DNA of 64,000 bases from the NCBI RefSeq assembly GCF_009914755.1, contig NC_060928.1. One strand, 5' to 3'. Below, piece after piece: positions 1-15,622 of the stretch. The first letter of the stretch is position 1. Each line of letters begins with the position of its first letter. The translations under genes were made by a program, and so were the position numbers. The DNA comes from the human T2T-CHM13v2.0 reference genome, Homo sapiens. A model generated the notes under the pieces. The model saw only the letters and a list, made by a program, of their open reading frames with translations. It was not told where the DNA came from and made no database searches.

Positions 1-344
1 ATGATGAAACTATAAAGAAGCTATAAACCATAAAAGTTGATGCTTTTAAAATTTATATGGATATAGTTTTATACTTTTTCCAGTAATTGTGGGGTTAATA
101 GTATGTTTAAAAGAGATAAATTTTATTGTTATTTTAAATTTCAAACATATGTAATTTTTCAAAATAAATTATAAACTTTTTAGCTCTTTTTTTTCTTAAG
201 CAGCTCATTGAAATGATTTTAAAATCATTTACAGGTATTCTCCTAGTTAAATGTTACATTTTTAGGATAGATGCAATCAGATTTTTATTGTTATAGCTTA
301 ATCTTTAGCTATTTTATTTAGTGATTTTGCATTAGATAGCAGAT

Positions 345-2100
345 GTAAATTCGATTCTATTGGTAATTAAATTAAATATAAATGGCAAACACCAATAAAA
401 AGCCAGATGGTCAAACCGGATAAAAAAGCAAGGCCCAGCTATTTACACATATACACACACATACACACACAGACACACACACGTAAACACACACTGTCTA
501 TAGAAGATACATTTTAAATCTAAAAGATATATTAAAAAGATGAAAAATATATCCCATGGAAACAATTATAAGAAAACCAAAGGACCATATTACTATCATA
601 TTTCATAAAAAGAAATAGTACCAGAGATAGAAATATTTCCTAACAAGTGGATTGAGAAAACAAGAACATGACGATGCTAAGTGTCTATGCATATAACAGC
701 AATTTCACAGTGCATGAAGCATAAATGATACACCAGGAAGGAGAAACAAAAAAATCTGCAATTATGTTCATATTTCTCTCCCAATAATTTGTAGAATGAC
801 TAAAGCAGAAAGTAAGAATAAAAAGTCTTAAAAAAATTATCTACCAATCTGATCTAACTGATATTAATAGAAACTTCACTCAACAACAGCGCATCACTCT
901 TTTTCTCAAGTACATGTAGAACATTGATCAAATGTGCTCCAAGCTATGCCATTAACAAGTTTTAATAAATTGAAAAGAGTTGAATCATACAGAACATGTT
1001 CCCTGACCACAAGGGAATTGTGAGAAATTAATAACAGAAAGATATCTAAGAATCACCATGTATTAGAAAATTAAGCCAGATTTTGCTCCATAAACCATGG
1101 ATTAGAGAAAAAAAATCTATGGAAAGTATAAAATATTTTGAACTGGCTGAAAATGAAACACAATATATCAAGTCTAGCAAAATGTGTGAAATATGGTTAA
1201 ATCAATACTTAGAGGAAAATTTATAACTAACCGCATATATTAAAAATGATTAGTTACCAAAACTTCCAATCTAAGAAGCTAAAAAAGAATTAAAATCAAT
1301 GTGAGCAGAAAAAAGAAAATAATGAATATAGAATCAGAAATAACTTACACAGAAAATGGATGAATATTACAGATAGACTATCAAGAAAATTGTTAACCCT
1401 GTAGCTAGACTGATGAAGAAAAAGGAAAAAAGATATAAATTGTCAATATTAGAAAGGAAAGAGGGGGCAGCACTAAGATCCTACATTAAGAGGGTAATAA
1501 AATAATGTTATAAAAAATTTTATGTCAATGAATTGATCACCTAGATAAAATGGACACATTTCTTGAAAGACTAACAAAATTGACCCCAGGGAAAAAAAAA
1601 ATCTCGATACGTCTCTACTATAGAAGTTTGTAACTGAAATCCTTCCCACAAAGAAAATTCCAGGCCCAGATGACATTATTGCTGAATTCTTGTAAACATT
1701 TAAAGAAAAAAATACCACAAAACTTATTCGCAGGATAAAGAGAACACTTCTCAACTTATTTAATGTGACTGACATAATCCTGACACCAAAACCAAAGACA
1801 ACATAAGAAAAGAAAACCACAAACCTATATTCTTCACAAATATAGGTGGCACAAATATTTTAAACATATTAACAAGTTGCATCATTACCAAGTGATGTTT
1901 ATTCCTGGGATGCAAGGATGGTTTAACAATTGAAAACCAATCAATATATTTTACCATATTCACAGACTAAGAAAACACATACAATCACAATAGACGAAGA
2001 AAAAGCATTGGACAAAATTTAACACCCATTCATTATAAAAACTAAGAATAAAGGGACTTTCTGTGGATATAGGTCATCTATAAAACATCTACAGCTAATA
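345..2100 (+). mobile_element. Ancient LINE-1 (L1M) ORF2 remnant, endonuclease to start of RT
   Basis: A-rich. L1 ORF2-like motifs: 'ttctcaagtacatgtagaacatt', 'ccctgaccacaagggaatt', 'ccaggcccagatgac', 'ttattcctgggatgcaaggatggtttaac', 'gaagaaaaagcattggacaaaatt'. Many stops and frameshifts. Confidence 0.85.
444..494. repeat. Imperfect (CA)n microsatellite inside L1
   Basis: tacacatatacacacac...acacac seen directly. Confidence 0.9.
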
Positions 2101-2606
2101 ATAAGTGGCTTCGATTTCCTCAGAGAATGTTACCATAGTAGAAGATCAACACTGGATTATTTTGCTGGCAGGTTGAACATTAAATAGTTGGATGACTAAA
2201 TGCCTTGATGAGATATTGGACATTGAATAGTCCAGCTAAATGCAATAGGCCTAAAAGCTCATGCTTTTTGGCCTATAAAACTCATCCATCTCTGCCAGTA
2301 TGGTTACTCTCAGGTCGTGATCTCATTGTAGGAGCAGTAGGGTGGCTAAGGATAGAGTCTGGCTGACATCTACTGGTCAAGTCATTCTGTTAACTTGATG
2401 GTTTCATTCACTTCTGTAGGGGATAATCTGTAATGCGCATTAAACTGCAAAACCAAAATCATCACACTTTGTTCTTTTTCCCATAACTACATGCCTCTGT
2501 CCTGAACATCTTCATTTCTCATTATTCAGTTTTTCTCCTTTTTCTTTTCAGAACCCTTAGACAATTATACAAGCCATTTGCCATTGCCTATTTACTCTTG
2601 TAAAGA
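2101..2606 (-). mobile_element. ERVL/MaLR internal fragment (RNase H/integrase-derived)
   Basis: Minus strand reads 'ggcaatggcaaatggctt' and 'cagaatgacttgaccagtagatgtcagccagactctatccttagccacc', like ERVL-type pol sequence. Confidence 0.6.
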
Positions 2607-3260
2607 CAATCTTCACATTGCACATGATATATCAAATCATATATACATATATATTCCAGTATACCACAATTTCTGATTATCAGTACTCACATATCATAAT
2701 AGCCATGTAAGTAGGAACATGCAAGATTGTCTTAATAATTAATAAGGGAGATTACAATTGCTCAATGACCTTTGAAAATATTTTTAAAAACCATAAAAAC
2801 CCTTACTGATAGTTAGAAATATAGAAATAAATAAAATATCAGAGCACTAACATGTATAATAATACATTAAATATATATTGTATATTAAATATATATATTT
2901 AAGTAACAGTACACTATTATTTAAAATATTGGAAACATTTAGAACTAAAGTGTTCTATTTCTTTGTAAAAAGTTACCAAGAGTAGTTTGAACATAGCCAA
3001 AGGAAACTGAACTAGACCGGCCTATGACAGTTTTGGTTAGCCTTCCTCAAGTAAAAGATGAAGTTCACCTTTTGCTTCTCTTCTTCATCCATTTTTCTAT
3101 TCTGTAGCCCATAGGTTGTCTGTGTTCATCTTAAACCATAAAAATAAGGGTCATACTCTGGGCATGACAGAGCGAAGAGCTGGGAGGACCTTGGGTTCTT
3201 GAAGGCTTTTTGAAGCAGAACCTTTCACCAGCCCCTTGCCCTGTTATCTTCAGACACATT

Positions 3261-3516
3261 TCCTCCCCTTCCTCCTCCTCCTCCTCCTCACTCTCTTCCT
3301 CCTCTTCTTCTCCTTTCTTCTTTCTTCTCTCCTTCTCCTCCTCCTTCTTCCCTTCTTCCTCCTCTTCCTTCCCTTCTTCCTCCTCCTCCTTCTTTTCTCT
3401 TTCTTCTTCTTCTTCCTGCCCCTCCTCTTCCTCCTCCCCCTCTCCCTTTCCCTCCTCCTCTTCTTCCTCCTCCTCCTCCCCCTCCTTCTTCTTCCTTCTT
3501 CTTCCTTCTCTTTTTT
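3261..3516. repeat. Polypyrimidine (CCT/CTT)n low-complexity tract
   Basis: About 255 bp of almost only C and T. Source of the poly-Ser, poly-Leu and Arg/Lys ORFs. Confidence 0.95.
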
Positions 3517-3589
3517 AGAGACAGTGTCCAGTTTCAAATGACAGAATCAGCTGATTTAATAATGGTAATTATGTGTCTTTTTAGTTTTT

Positions 3590-4293
<704 letters not shown>

Positions 4294-4699
4294 TAGGCTT
4301 TCTCTCACTTGCAGCCAAATCTATTCCAAAATGATATGCATGCCTCATATATTAAGCGAATTGATGTATGTAAACTATATGCATAGCACTTAATGTATAC
4401 AAAGGACTTAGAACTGTGGCTGGCAGTTTAATTTTATCTTTAATTATTAATCACATATCAAATAAATACAAATTTAATGATGATAAATCAATTTTTCATC
4501 TCTTATGTGAGCTCAATAACTAGTAAAGATGCTGTGGGGTACTTAATATTAAATGTGATTAATAAAAATAGAAATTATTGATATTTTCTGGTCGGAAATA
4601 ATTTTTATGGATGAAACTTTACGAGGAGGAGATCTTGCAACTGAAATAAAATTATCTATGATAAGTCAAGTCATGTAATAGATAAATAGAAGCAAAATT

Positions 4700-6230
4700 A
4701 AAATGAGTACTTTATTATATTAAATTAATACATAGATATATGTTTAAAAAGACCAAACAGTACAAAAGTCTTGAAAGAAAACGGCAATTTGCCCACTCCT
4801 CTTTCTCCCAAGTTTACCATACCTTAAAATGTTTAACTTTTTGTTTTATTTGCCTCTACATTTCTAGATAATATGTTTATAATACTATTCCTTGAATTTT
4901 TTTATTATGTACTTTCTGCTTGGTAAAGTGGATTCAAATTTAGTACACACATACATATACCCTTTTCTCGTAATGTTCCATTATACCACAATTTCTTATT
5001 ATATCGATATTCAATGTCTACATCATTGTGATTAAGTAAGCAAGTTTCATAGCTAGGCCACACTGTGTGGTATTATTTTGTTTCCTTTCCTTTACAACTT
5101 GTTTTTCTTGGAGTTAACAGTCACCTTCTGTTTTGTTTGCTTAACTTTCGGTGTAACTACTACTAATACTTCTCAAATTTTCTATTGAGCAGCCAAAGCC
5201 CTCTCAGTGTAGTCACATGCATCAGGTACTCTATCAATTCCATTTTTGGACAAAGGAGAATAAAACTTTAAAAAATAATTAATATATTCATGGCGAAGTA
5301 GGGAAGAAGACATCTGAAAAGATGCAAACAAAGAGTGCAGAGAAAAAGAAACAATTCTTAAAAATTATGCATAATACTATATACAAACACACACATATAT
5401 ATATGCGTTTGTGTATATATATGTATATTTCCCCCCATCCCTCTTTCCTTCTGTATTCTTTTGAATTTTTCCTCTATTTTATTGTGTTTTTCTTTCATTT
5501 TTTATGTGGCGGATTTCTTAATCATCCTGGCGCTCTTGGCTAGCCTTTAATGTTTGAGAAGGAGACCTTAAAAAGCTCATTGGAAACTATGTGTGTGGAA
5601 GGGTTTTTCTCAACTGGTTGGCTTCACATAGGGCAATAAAACCAAGTCCATCTGTTTAATGAGCAGTTCTGCAAATGACAGTCCTCTCTCTTTAGCTAGT
5701 CATTCTCTCCTGGAAATAATTCTACTGGGGATGAGGCCTGCTGCCCAAACTTAGGACCAACTTTAGGGAAGTGAGTTGTGTGTTAACTTTCTCCCACTTG
5801 TCCACAGGATATTCCCAGGTACTTTCTCCATTTCTAGGGCTGGCCAGCCTGTCATTCACCTCTGCACAGAGAGACCTTCTCATGTAATTTCTCCAGGGAG
5901 TAAATCTTCAATTTTCTGCTGCAGTAAAGGAAGGTTATAGAAGTATAGTGTGAAAGGGTATCTGGGATCTAATTACTCCTAAATAGGCTCATTTCCTATT
6001 CTTCTGTTACTTCTATCTGTGATACCAGATCCCTCCAATCTTGAACTTGTTGATATTTCCCTCTGTAGGCATTTGGATTTCACCTACAAAGTCAGTTGTC
6101 ACTTATCAATTCACCTTGTATCTTCCAAAGATATGGTGACATTTCTCATCTACTGGTATTTCCTCTCATCCACCATACATTTTTAATATTTTTAAATTTT
6201 TATTTGCTATAATTTAAATCAGTTTTAAGA
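4700..6230 (-). mobile_element. Very old HAL1/L1ME-like fragments
   Basis: 'catcaggtactctatcaattcc' and 'aaaagctcattggaaactatgtgtgtgg...caactggttggcttcac' resemble the recalled HAL1 consensus. Confidence 0.45.
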
Positions 6231-7241
6231 GGTGTTGAAATAAACATGTTTAATCTTCTGTGCTCTGTAAAAAGTCTTAAAAATTAGTTCAACTTTTTTG
6301 TATTAGAGCTACTATTAAGAGGAAAATTTAGTTGCATATAGTTTAGAATTATCAATAGGAGGAAAAGATATTTTGATTTTTCATTTTGAACATGTTTAGT
6401 GGAAACACTAGCATTAAGAGACAAAGAGGATGGATTATTTTGGATAATCATCTCCCAAATGCACTCATTATAATCACATAGAATTTAGCTTTTCGAAAAG
6501 CAGCCTATTATTTCCCACTTTTTCTTAGATAACATTCAAATCATTTGTATTGCAATACTGTACATACATATTTATCATATTTTTCTGGACACATTTTTAG
6601 GAAAAACAACACTGGTTTTTCTGGAAGTACAGAATGAAAATGAAATGGGCTATAATGGCAGTTACATTTTTCCCATTTGGAAGTCTTTTGTTCTTTTATC
6701 TCAAGATAGCACTTGCCAGTGTAGGAGTTTGCAATCAGTTGCTTGCTCTGCTCTTCTGTTCCTTTTTACCAACCCTATAACTCTTACTGTGCTATTTTTC
6801 TAGGAAGACTATTTCATGTCCTTCCCCAAAGAGGAGAATAATTAATTTCATGGCTTTTCAGCAAATAAATCTTACTCATCCCAACTCTGCCTGGGAAAGC
6901 TACTTAGGCATACATTTAAGCACTTCAAGGGTGATAAGAGGCAATAGATGCCAAGAAAAGGGGCTGTGTAGGAGAGTTCTTGGGAAAATAGTCCTTAGGA
7001 CATAAAAGTAAATGGATAATAATGTGGGTGAGTAAATTGTCAGGAGATGACAGGAGACAATAGATGAAGAAGAGAGAGTTATGTATTTGGCCCACTGGCC
7101 AATTAAACTTTAAATTTTAACTGACAATGATTTTTGCTTGTGTTTTTTTTTTAATTTTCAGACTGATTATTTAAGCTGCAATTTAATAGAATGTAAACAG
7201 TTCCAAGTTCAGCTCAGTTATATCTAAAAACTCATTTTTCA

Positions 7242-7899
<658 letters not shown>

Positions 7900-8057
7900 A
7901 AAGAGAACTAATAGCATTCTTTGAAACCTCAACTAGGGATTCCAAAACCTTTGAATATTTGTTTCTACCCTGTAAGTTGTTGCCTAAACTAAAAGACCAT
8001 TTCCTACTGAAAAACAGTTTAATAGAATTTTTCTTTTTTTAGCTTTCAGCTTGAAGC

Positions 8058-9110
8058 AGAATATTTGGTATATAATAGGCATCAAATAAATACTTATTAA
8101 ATAAGTAATCATATAATTTAAAATTTAAGATTGAGACTCTACACACCCCTGTCAAGATAAGTACACAGGGATAAATAAATACTGATTTGACCTATTGAGG
8201 TTTATAATCTTATAAAAGTGATATATACAACTAGTAGCATACAAAAGGGAAGGATCTAAGTGTCATGGCAGAGGCAGGTGCAAAGCACTGAATGGCAGGA
8301 AGCGACAGATCAGCCAGTAGTGTTAAATCTAGACTGAAACACAGGCTGATGAGGCAAGGAAAGTGGATTGGGCAAGACTGTGAAACCATGCTTAAGAATT
8401 TTGATATTGTTGTCTAGCTAATTGAGAGCATCCAATTCATTTTTAGGAAAATAATGGTGGCCATGTGAAAAATATACCGGGGAGGCAGAGAGAGAAGGCG
8501 AGACGGCAGGGAGCTCAGTCAGAAGCAAGTCTGATTCCTCTGTTCTCAGCAGGAAGAGTGGCAAAATTATTTCTCACCTCTGTGAGGACCATGAGGCTGA
8601 AATCAAGGCAAAGAAGATAGAGGTTTTCAAAAGGTTTGAGGCAATTGGAAAAGGAAGAGTGGATGGACAGAAAGATAAAGGAACCACTGTTACAGACAGA
8701 ATCATATCCTCCCAAAAGGTTTATGTCAAAGCTCTAACCCCCAATGTGACTATGTTTGAAGAGAGAGCTTTTAAGGAGATACTTGGGGTTACATGAGGTT
8801 ATAAGGGCAGGTCTAATCCGATAGGATGAGGGTCCTCATAAGAAGAGACACCAGGGAGCTTTCTCTGGCTCCACATGCAGGGAAGAGGTCATTAGAGGAC
8901 ACAGTGAAAAGATGTCCATCTGTCCATCTACCAACCAAAACCTGCTGGACCTCAGTGTTAGGCTTCTAGTCTCTAGAATTCTGATAAATAGATCTTAAGC
9001 CACACAGTCTGCAGTATTCTGTGATAGTAGCCCCAGCAGACTAATACAACCATATGGGTTGACTAAACAGGAGATAGAATCTGAGGGAGACACCAGCATT
9101 ACCTCTGAGG
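8058..9110. mobile_element. L2 fragments, interrupted by an MLT1A LTR
   Basis: L2 3'-end-like 'tggtatataataggcatcaaataaatacttattaaat' (+) and 'aaccatgcttaagaattttgatattgttgtct' (-). Confidence 0.45.
8688..9048 (+). mobile_element. MLT1A-type solo LTR
   Basis: TG...CA termini, 'ctaacccccaatgtgactatgtttg', 'gcagactaataca'. 5-bp TSD accac/accat. Confidence 0.85.
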
Positions 9111-9209
9111 GAAGGGGTGACTGCTTCTTCCCACTCCTTGCACCAGCTTCCTCGCCCCTCTGCAGGAAGGAAGCACTGGCCAGACGGAGCACAATAATTG
9201 GGATGCAGA

Positions 9210-9300
9210 TGTTAAGTTTTTCCACTTATAAAACAGCAATAATAAGGTTACTAATCTTATAAGGTGACTATGAAAAGTAAACAAGTTAATAGTGAAGATA
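9210..9300 (+). mobile_element. MIR fragment
   Basis: 'aagtttttccacttataaaacagcaataataagg' MIR core-like. Confidence 0.5.
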
Positions 9301-10090
9301 AATAAACAATAACATTGGCTTTTTTAAAACAAATAATTTGTACCTGCCAAAATTTGTATTTCCCATTCTGCCAAACTAAAGACCTGAACTGGACTTATGA
9401 CTCTTAGAAGGAAGCTTAGGAATTGTTGATACTGCAGGTATGTGTGTAAGTATAAGTAGGTGTTACATTGAATTCTGTATAAAAAATAGGTTAACTTAGG
9501 GCAAGGCTCTAGCTGCTCAAAGCCAAACACCCACCAGAGTGCTCTTCTTGAGTTACAAAAAAGGTAAGATTGTCAAAACAAACTCATACAAATCATAGGT
9601 CTTACCCAATACCAAATTACTAATGATTCAAAAGACACAAGCATGAAGCAGACACACATGCATATTTCTTTCTTAAGGGGCTTTAGCCTTCAAAACAGCA
9701 TCCTAATCATCCCCTTTGCATACTGAGAGTAGCAAGCAAGCACTAACAATGCGTGGTATGTATGTCAACTCAGAGCAAGTCATTCAGATTTTAAGCTGCT
9801 TAGTTTTTATAATGTGGGTAGTCATTCCTGGGCAATGATAGCATAAGACTCATTCCATTCTCCAGCCAGCTATATTCCCATAATTATATAATTATATAAG
9901 TTTAAGATTTATTTACCATAATCAGTATAGACAGACCAAGCACACCTGCTTAAATCATCTTTTAGATAAGAACTCCAAAAAATCTAACATTAGCATGTTT
10001 ACCAGGAAGCCTGGTAGATGGAGGCCAAGATTTTCTTTAGCCCGCAATTAACTCTGTCATATCTGACCTCCTGCTAGTTGATGAGGTAGG

Positions 10091-10328
10091 ATAGAGTAGT
10101 ATTCAAAAGATATACCCTGCCTAGATTCAGCTAATGGTTTTGTGATCATTGGCTGAGTATGCTTGGCAAGTTACTTAATCAATCATTGCCTCACTATTTA
10201 ATCTGCACAATGGGCATAACAATAAACTTTTCCCCAATAAAATTATTGTGAAGTTTTAATAAATTAGTACATGTAAAATGCTTAGAGTAGTGCATGGCAT
10301 ATAGTGAATTCACAATAATATTAGCTAA
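10091..10328 (+). mobile_element. MIR
   Basis: 'cttggcaagttacttaatc...atctgcacaatgggcataac...gtaaaatgcttagagtagtgcatggcatatagt'. Confidence 0.8.
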
Positions 10329-10729
10329 CAAATTTACCATAATCCTAGGATGAGGCTTAATGAATTAGCCTGATTTGTTAAATCTGTCACCATTATTTTA
10401 TACCAGTTTCTTTTCTGCTTAGAAGTTCGTTCTCCATTCTAATGGGACATCGTCCTGCCCTTTTATAGGTCTCACCTCACCATATCACTTAACAGGATAA
10501 AGAAAGGAAATTTTCCCTGAACAAAGTAGAATATCATTTGATTAGTAGAGGTGAGAATAAAAAAGTATTGTTAGGGATTGGTCATTTCTCTGGTTTACCC
10601 CACAGAACTACAGACAGTTCTGGAATGAGTTGGATAACCTCTAGCAAGCTCAAGGTCATTGAGCAGATAAAGTTATATGCTTAGCTTAAAGCTTGGTAAA
10701 ATGTTTCTTTAATGATGTTAATGTCTTTT

Positions 10730-11595
10730 CCTCAGTCTCTTTTTCATTATCCACACTGGTCCAGGTCTTCTAAAGTTTCTTAATTTTTTCAACAGTTGTA
10801 ATTGCTTCTTAATCAGATTCTATGTCTCACATTTTATTGCTTCTGCTTTTTCATACCATTAATTTACTCTCCAGGTCCCTCAAACTTAGCTGTTTAATTA
10901 ACGATCTGTTCAAGCCATTCTCCTGATTAAAGATGATTTCTGACTCTAAACTTCCTACTTTTAAGGTAAAGTCAAACTCTTTCGCATGCGTTCAGGGCTT
11001 TGGAAGGTGTGATCCCAAACTCTCCAGTGGCGGCATCTTTCACCATTTACATGGCCAAAGCATTTCCCCAGACACTTGAATCATGTGCTGATCTGTAAAA
11101 ATATCAGATGTTTTTTCCTTTGCCTATTTTTTTTTCTTATCAATTTCTTAGCTCTGTGGCTTTGATTAATTTCTTCCCCTTACTTGGATTGCCCCTTCCA
11201 CCCTTTATCTATCTAATACACTCTTTAATTTCAGGTTCAGGAAACTTCCCTGATAGCCTAGGTACGGTTAACTAACTATAACTAACTCCCTTCACAATCT
11301 TCACTTAGCACGTTGGTTCTCAACAGTGGAATGTGAGAGGGATGAGAATGCCTGGAGATACCTTTTCAAAATATACTACATTCCCAGTCTTCACTTCTCC
11401 CTGAGATTTAGTGATACAATGTTTTGATTGGACATACTTCTTATTGCCATTAAATGATATGATAATTTATCCATGGGCTTATTTCTTATTATAGTTTGAG
11501 CTTCTCAAGAAAAGTATCTGTATCTTAATTACTCATATATCCTGAAGACATAGTATCAGTGCATTAAAATTATTTTTTACACATAAATTCAGTTT
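10730..11595 (+). mobile_element. L2 3' region fragments
   Basis: 'aaggtaaagtcaaactcttt', 'ttcaggaaacttccctgat', 'tttgagcttctcaagaaaagtatctgtatctt'. Confidence 0.45.
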
Positions 11596-12435
11596 ATCAA
11601 TTTTCAGATCCAGATTGGAATAGTTCTTTCCATCTCAATGGAGATTAATACTTAAACTTAACTATACATTGGAGGTTGATCTCTATGACTTTCCAAAGGC
11701 AGAATTTGTTTTATTTTCTGCTTGATAAATCATAACAGTTCACATTACAAATTCCTTTTCACAGAGAGTTTTATAAAGAAATGCAGAAAACACTGAGTGT
11801 GTACATCTAAAGTATGTTTTATTTGTACCTCAATTACGACAAGCTTATCTAAATGTACTTAATTACTTAATGTGTTCACTACACTTATTTAAATGTATTG
11901 AATTGTAATTAAATTACTGTTCAGGAAGCTGCTGCATATATATACTCACAAAATATATTTGATTTGCTCAATAATAGAAGCTATGATTATTAAAATATAA
12001 CTTTCATTTTTCCAAAATGCACAATAGAAGAAAACTGAGAGCCCTCTGGTGGGCAATATTTTCAGTTCAAAAAATCATACAGCATTTTCCTCATAAGATT
12101 TTCTAAGGATTAAATAAATATTATATTTTTAGACAATTCAGTAACAAAAAGATGAACTTTTAAAAATAATTTTAACCCACTAAGTATAATTCAAGTAAAT
12201 TACATTTCTACCAAAATGTGTTATTCTAAGTAAATCCTCTATTCAAATTAGATCAATCCAAATTCATAAGAAAATTTCTCACAAAGCAAGCAAACAAGAA
12301 AAAAATATTAAAATATGCTCATCTCTTTATCCTCTCACATTAGATTTAAATGAAATAGAAATATCAAATTAATGGCTGCAAAAGTGATCAAATTAGTTTT
12401 GAAATGCAAATTATTCTATAGACAGATTCATAATT

Positions 12436-14280
12436 TTTAAATTATTTTCTAATTGAGATATATCTTTATTAGCTCTGGCTACTGTAACAAAATATCATTG
12501 ACTGGGTGGTTTAAACTACAGAAAATATATTTCTTACTATTTTGGAGGTTAGAAATCTGACACCAGATCATCAGCATCGTTGGATTCTGGTGTGGGCTCT
12601 CTTCCAGGCTTGCAAACAGCCACTGTACCTTGGTGTCCTCAGTTGGTGGAGGGAGGAGGCTTTGTGCCTCTTCTTCTTGTAAGGGAACTAATCCCATCAA
12701 GGGGCCTCCACCCTCGGACCTCATTTAAACCTACTTAACTCTAAAGGCCTCACCTCCTAATTCCATCACATTGGGGTTAGGGCTTCAACATATGAAATTT
12801 AGAGAGACAGAAATTCCAGTTCCTAACAGGGTGAAGGTGTTAAGTCATAAAATTAAGTATTTTAAAGTTAACAGTTCAGTGGTATTTAGTATATTCATAG
12901 TGTTGTATACCAGTACCTCCTCCACCTAGTTCCAAAACACTTGTATCACGCAAAAATAAAACCCCATACCCAGTAAAATGTTACTTGCCGTTCATCCTTC
13001 TCTCAGTTCCTGGCAAACACCAGTTTGCTCATTGCTTCCGTGGATGTATCTATTCCAGATGTTTCATATAGGTGGAATCATGAAACATGTGACATTTTGT
13101 GTCTGGTTTGGCATAGCATAATGTTTTTTAGATTCATCCACCTTGTAGCATGTATTATCACTTCATTCTTTTTTATGATATAAAATTGTTCTGTTTTAGG
13201 AATACACCACAATTTTTTTATCTGTCTGGTTGGTTGTTTTTACTTTTAGTATTGTGAATGGTGCTACTATGAACATTCATGTGAGTATTTGTTTGAGTAC
13301 CTGTTTTCAATTCTTTTGGGATTTTCTCTAGGAGTAGAATTGCTGGGTCATATGGTCATTCTATGTTTAACTTTTTAAGAAACTACCAAACTTATTCACA
13401 GCATGTTTCATCATTTTACATTCCCACCAGCAAAATATGAGGCTTCTAGTTTTTCTGCATCCTGATTAACACTTGTATGTCTTTTTAATTATAGACATCC
13501 CAGTGGGTGTGAAATGGTATCTCACTGTGGTTTTAATTTGCATTTCTCTGATAGCAAATAATGTAAAGCATCTTTTTCTATGCCTACCTTTTTATCTTCC
13601 TTGAGAAAACGTCTATTCCAGTACTTGGGTTGCTTTCCTTTTATTGTTGAGTTGTAGGAGGTTTTATTTATTCATGGACTAGATCCTTATCATATACATA
13701 ATTTGCAAACATTTTCTCTTGTTTTATATGTTGTCCTTTCACTTTCTTAATAATGTCTTTGACACTTAAAAGTTTTTGATTTTGCTAAAATCCAATTCGT
13801 CTAATTTTTTCTTGTGTTGTTCATGCTTTCGATATTGTATCTACAGACCCATTACCAAATTGCAGGTCTTGAAGATTTACCCCTGTGTTTTCTTGTTTTA
13901 TTTTGTTGTTAGAGTTTTATTGTTTTCATTCTTATATTTAGGTATTTGATACATTTTGAATTAATTTTTGTTTACAGAGTGAGGGAGAGGTCCACCTTTA
14001 TTCTTTTACAGGTAGCTATCCAGTTGTCCCAGTACTAATTGTTGAATAGGCCATTTTTCTCCCATTGAATGATCCTGCCATTCTTGTTAAAAAGCAGTTT
14101 GCCATAGATATCTGGGCTTATTTATGCTCTCTAAATTGTATTCCATGGGTGTATAAGTTTATCATTGTGCCAGTACAATACTGTTTTGATCAACATAGTT
14201 TTGTAGTAAGTTTTGAAATTGGGAAGTGTGAATCTTCTGCTTTGTTCTTTTTCAAAATTATTTTGCAAATTCATGAACAC
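12436..14280 (-). mobile_element. L1MB-type 3' end and ORF2 C-terminal region
   Basis: 'aacagttcagtggtatttagtatattcatagtgttgt', 'ggagtagaattgctgggtcatatggt', 'gtagtaagttttgaaattgggaagtgtga'. Confidence 0.85.
12459..12828 (-). mobile_element. MLT1A-type LTR nested in the L1MB 3' end
   Basis: 'ctgtaacaaaatatcattgactgggtggtttaaac...ccatcacattggggttagggcttcaacatatgaa...cctaaca'. Confidence 0.85.
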
Positions 14281-14657
14281 TGCATTTCAGAGGCTGTATG
14301 GAAATGCCTGGATGTCCAGGCAGAGGTGTGCTATAGGGACAAAGCCCTCATAGAGAATTTCTGCTAAGGCAGTGCATAAGGGCAATGTGGGGTTGACACT
14401 CCTACACAGAGTCCTCACTGAGGCACTGCCTAGCAGAGCTGTGAGAAGAGTGCCACCATCCTACAGACCCCAGAATGGTAGATCCACTGACAGTTTGCAC
14501 CATGCACCTGGAAAAGCCACAGACACTCAACACCAGCCTGTGAAGGCAGCCAGGATGGAGGGGAGATGGGGGTGTGAGATGAACCCTACAAAGTCACAGG
14601 GCTGGAGCTGCCTAGGGCCGTGGGAGACTACTTCTTGCATCAGTGTGCCCTGGATGT
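14281..14657 (+). mobile_element. Orphan THE1-internal fragment (no LTR)
   Basis: 'gtatggaaatgcctggatgtccaggcag...cagaccccagaatggtagatccactgac...cttgcatcagtgtgccctggatgt'. Confidence 0.85.
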
Positions 14658-15622
14658 TTTTCTGTAAATAATTTAATTTGTATGTAAATGTTTTGAAATT
14701 TTTGGAAAAGCAGCATATAATTCTGGAGTTTTAATATTAATTTTACTATACTTTAGGGAAATATATTTCAAATAGTTGTACATTAATGTTATAATCAGAA
14801 AAGAACAAATGCTTGTTTTATTCAATTATATTTTATATAGTGTTATGATATTTAGTAATCAATAGAGTATCAACTATATAATAACTTTATAATTTATTTC
14901 TTAATCCAATCTGTATTTACCAATGGTTAATGACCCTTCATTTTAATCATTTAATGAAGTTAAACTTAAGAGTAGTTTGATTCTATCTCCTCTCAATCTA
15001 AATATATAAATACCTGTTTCTGTATATGCAAGGCTGGCATTATGTGGCAAATTTGGAAAAATTTGCACATAAAATTCAAGCAGAGAACAATTTAAATCTT
15101 GTATAGTATAATGAATTTCCAATAATAAAAATGGAAAATTGGTGCCTAGTAACTAAACAGAAAGAGTAATGCCTGTGAGTATCTGGTTGGGGAGACATAG
15201 AAGAATAAGAGTTGCTCTCTGGGGACTGTACCTGAGGATGGGGCAGGAAAGGGAAACTTTCAGAAGAGGAAATAGATACAAAGAGACAGTGCTGGATATG
15301 AGCATGAGAAGTAGCAAGGGCAAAAAAGACATATGCAGCTTTCCTGCCTGTCATATCATGCCATACAGTTTCAATATTGCAGATAATAGGCAGATATTGA
15401 GACATGAGACAACAGCAAAACACACTCAATTAAAATAATCTTTCAGGCAATTGCTACCAGATCAATTATTTGTACCTATTTTGCAGAAACCCCAACAATA
15501 TATTTCATTGTGTTCATTATAGATGTGAGAGCTCTGAAAAGTCCTCTCACATTTTTCAGGAAACCCTAGTTGTGTCCTATTAATATAATATGCATGGTGA
15601 TTGAAATCATTTTAAAGTGAAG

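Noticed and set aside
3210-3541. Overlapping ~100-aa ORFs (poly-Ser, poly-Leu/Phe, Arg/Lys-rich)
   Set aside because: Artefacts of the stop-free CT/GA low-complexity tract
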